Shown here piece after piece: positions 61,599 through 64,000 of a stretch of DNA of 64,000 nucleotides. The notes beneath the pieces were generated by a model, which had not been told where the DNA came from, ran no database searches, and was given only the letters and a program-made list of their open reading frames with translations. Made by a program: the position numbers and the translations under genes. This DNA is from an uncultured virus (IMG/VR IMGVR_UViG_3300031774_000002) (Duplodnaviria; Heunggongvirae; Uroviricota; Caudoviricetes): the IMG/VR virus record IMGVR_UViG_3300031774_000002; one strand, written 5' to 3'. Position 1 is the stretch's first letter, and each line of letters begins with the position of its first letter.

Positions 61599-62408
61599 TT
61601 ACTTTGTCCTTTTTTGTTGTTTAATCCAATTCTTCGCAACTTTATTCTGCGGTGGTCGTTTTAAAAATTTCTGCATTTGTTTATATGATTTTACCATAAC
61701 ATCTTCATTAGCATTATTGTTATCTACAATAATAATGTTACTAGCACCAAAATAGTTTTGAAATTTACCAATATTATTTTGTACTTTATTCCATGAGCTA
61801 ACTACTATAGCCTTTGGAACAGAGCGTTGTCTCTGTGCATTCCTTTCCAATGCAATCTCTAATGATGTATTCACAAATATCATATAAACATCATATCCCA
61901 TACTTTTCATATATTCTGAACTATTCTTTATGCTATTAAAGTCTTTTCCAGTACCATCAATAACTAATCCTAAACGACCTTTCATATATAGTTCTTGTCT
62001 TTTAGCAGTCATTTGTTTTGCTTTGTTTCTCACAGCAGTATGTTTGCTGGTATAACCTTTTCTGAGATCAGGATCTAAATCATTCTTTTTCATACCAAGC
62101 TCAAATAAGTCATCTGAGTTAATCATCTTAAGACCGCTTGAGCTTGGTATTACATTTTTTGCTACATATGACTTTCCACTTCCTGGACCACCTGCTAGAA
62201 ATATTGCTTTAAAGATTCCAGGATCATTTATACCTTCATCAAGAAAAAAGTCTTGCAATTCATTTACTTTAAGCAAGGTTGTTCTTGTTTTGGCATATGG
62301 TGTCTGTTCAACAATCACTTTCTTTTTACTTTCAAATAGTGTGTTAAAGTCTTTCCCAGCTTTAGCAGGTGTATTTCGTTTCGCCATTTCAATAGCCAAA
62401 TTATTCAT
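61599..62408 (-). CDS. P-loop kinase, zeta-toxin-like
   Basis: KAIFLAGGPGSGKS, INSDD, LVIDGTG, ALERN..R.R.VP. Confidence 0.8.
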   Translation of the reverse strand: MNNLAIEMAKRNTPAKAGKDFNTLFESKKKVIVEQTPYAKTRTTLLKVNELQDFFLDEGINDPGIFKAIFLAGGPGSGKSYVAKNVIPSSSGLKMINSDDLFELGMKKNDLDPDLRKGYTSKHTAVRNKAKQMTAKRQELYMKGRLGLVIDGTGKDFNSIKNSSEYMKSMGYDVYMIFVNTSLEIALERNAQRQRSVPKAIVVSSWNKVQNNIGKFQNYFGASNIIIVDNNNANEDVMVKSYKQMQKFLKRPPQNKVAKNWIKQQKRTK

Positions 62409-62968
62409 TATAATCCAAATTTCTTCATGAAGTCTTTGCGTTCTTTAATCTTAACTCTCTTTGCTTTCTGCTCAAGATAGCGTTTCAAAAACGCTTTCAT
62501 TTCTTTCTTGCGTGCATCTGGCTTTTTCCAATGAACTTCATCATCACCAGTACCAGCCACAGCAGATCCTGTAGCATTAGCAGGAGCATCTTCGAATAGC
62601 TTGCCGAAATCTTTTTGTTGTTTTGTATTTGAATCTATTTCATCCATTGCTTCGTATAACCCTTGTACCATTTCTTCTTCAGTAAATTCAGTTTGCGAAT
62701 GGCTTTCTTTGATGAGGAACAAAGCAGCAGCATATGAAGCAAACTTGGATTTACCACCTGGAACTTTTTCTAGAAGTTTTTTGAGATTGAACACCATCCG
62801 ATCATAATACCCATAAGCATTATTCTCTTCAGTAGTCTCGGGAGACTTTATTTTCTTCCCTCTCTCATCAATAATGCCTAACTTATAAGCATTGGTTTTA
62901 TTGAAAGGTGTTGTCAACCTTTTAATAAATTGATAAGCGAGAATAAGATCTGCTATCTTTCCAGCCAT
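62408..62968 (-). CDS. Conserved T4-like phage protein
   Basis: YQFIKRLTTPF..T.AYKLGIID..G, EDAPANA. Confidence 0.75.
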   Translation of the reverse strand: MAGKIADLILAYQFIKRLTTPFNKTNAYKLGIIDERGKKIKSPETTEENNAYGYYDRMVFNLKKLLEKVPGGKSKFASYAAALFLIKESHSQTEFTEEEMVQGLYEAMDEIDSNTKQQKDFGKLFEDAPANATGSAVAGTGDDEVHWKKPDARKKEMKAFLKRYLEQKAKRVKIKERKDFMKKFGL

Positions 62969-63355
62969 TTATATTTTCCTAAGAGTCTCAACAATTAAAT
63001 TGTCTAGTAGTATCTCAGAGTCTTTGATTCTCTTACCATCGACTAGACCAATATCTGTTGGCCAATAGTTTAGCATTATTAAAAAAGGTTTTAAGTAGTG
63101 CAGATAACCGTCCAACTTCAAGAACATCATCCTTGTTGCAGCTTTTGCCTCAAACATATTGTAGATAACTATTAAATGATTCAGAATTAAGCGTTCTTTT
63201 AAAACACCAGTCTGCTCATATTTACGAAACAATCTTTTTATGTATCGTATTCTTTTTAAGTCATCATGAAACTCAAGCAAATCCGTACAATTAGGATTCG
63301 TATATGTCTTCATAGCAAAAAGTAAGAAGTTCTCTTCAGTCAAGTTATCAAACAT
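62969..63355 (-). CDS. Conserved T4-like phage protein
   Basis: LTEENFLLFAMK.Y.NP.C...EF..DLKR..YIKRL, ERLILNH. Confidence 0.8.
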   Translation of the reverse strand: MFDNLTEENFLLFAMKTYTNPNCTDLLEFHDDLKRIRYIKRLFRKYEQTGVLKERLILNHLIVIYNMFEAKAATRMMFLKLDGYLHYLKPFLIMLNYWPTDIGLVDGKRIKDSEILLDNLIVETLRKI

Positions 63356-63358
63356 AAT

Positions 63359-63733
63359 TTAGAATGTGCTCAGTGCTGCCCTCTTAATAACAGTTGAACT
63401 AACTGCAACATAGATGTAATCAGCATCAAACCAAATAGATCCAGCAGCAACATTTGGATTAGTTGTTGTTGGATTATTTGTTGTTGGTGTCGCACTTGTT
63501 AGTCTGAGATTACCAGTACCAGAAAATGTAGTGTTAGCAGAAACAGTAGCGTTGTCACCACTAACAGTAACATCTTTTGTGAACACAGCAGCAGTCGGGA
63601 CAGAACCAAATATGTTTGTCACCGAAACCTTTTTGCTTACTGGAGTGCCTGATGGATTATCCACAACCATAAACAAATCTTCTGCTGCAACCGATGTTGC
63701 AGCAGTCAATGCAGTAACTTTCTTATCAGCCAT
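63359..63733 (-). CDS. Probable virion structural (fibre-like) protein
   Basis: MADKKVTAL...VVD.PSG.P.SKK; G.IWFD.DYIYVA. Confidence 0.7.
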   Translation of the reverse strand: MADKKVTALTAATSVAAEDLFMVVDNPSGTPVSKKVSVTNIFGSVPTAAVFTKDVTVSGDNATVSANTTFSGTGNLRLTSATPTTNNPTTTNPNVAAGSIWFDADYIYVAVSSTVIKRAALSTF

Positions 63734-63746
63734 CAGCTAAATCCCC

Positions 63747-64000
63747 TTATGCGTCAGGTAATTGTGTATCGTCTGCAGCGTCGCCAGAGATAGAACCTGC
63801 AGCTACTAATGTTTCATAGTGTATTCGACCAGAACGACCACCAGAACCAGCTGTACGCTTAACCCAACCAGCGTGAGCAATTCGTTTACCTTCGCCAGCA
63901 ACACCAACCTCTGTAGTGTCAGCACCAAATACTAAACTAGCGTCACCACCAGACTCAGAATATGTAATGCTTTTTGGCTTTTCAGAAACAACATAGTTAG
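63747..64000 (-). CDS. 3' end of a probable virion structural protein (partial)
   Basis: Open frame ...IAHAGWVKRTAGSGGRSGRIHYETLVAAGSISGDAADDTQLPDA*. Confidence 0.75.
   Translation of the reverse strand, partial: NYVVSEKPKSITYSESGGDASLVFGADTTEVGVAGEGKRIAHAGWVKRTAGSGGRSGRIHYETLVAAGSISGDAADDTQLPDA

Overview
A 64-kb segment of a large, AT-rich T4-like myophage genome with the gene order typical of marine T4-like phages, read in the standard genetic code. About 1-33 kb is the tail and baseplate module: two long fibre genes (one with collagen repeats and an S74-type chaperone end), a VrlC-like 2018-aa protein, gp8/7/6/25, PAAR, a lysozyme-less gp5, gp27-like, gp53, gp48, gp4, gp2, gp54-like, gp26, gp51-like and a tape-measure candidate. 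An iscU gene and a histone H1/Hc1-like gene sit inside this module. About 33-59.5 kb holds replication, nucleotide and auxiliary genes: gp32, gp59, gp33, SleB-like hydrolase, exonuclease, phoH, small OMP, DenV-like, glutaredoxin, carbamoyltransferase, cytochrome c, RNase H, several glycosyltransferase-like genes, GroES, Grx-NrdB fusion, NrdA, ThyX and primase, behind sigma70-type promoters. About 59.5-64 kb has a spanin pair plus lipase plus membrane proteins, a P-loop kinase and conserved virion-associated genes. IscU, spanins, the OMP and exported cytochrome c point to a Gram-negative, probably proteobacterial host (inference). The most notable unannotated signals are a T-TTT-TTT slippery site that would fuse gp26 to the gp51-like ORF ahead of the tape-measure gene, an antisense sigma70 promoter in the late baseplate operon, two structured 5' leader RNA candidates, a probable ATC start for gp2 and a spanin-lipase cassette. 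All family assignments come from motif recognition by eye; no searches were run.
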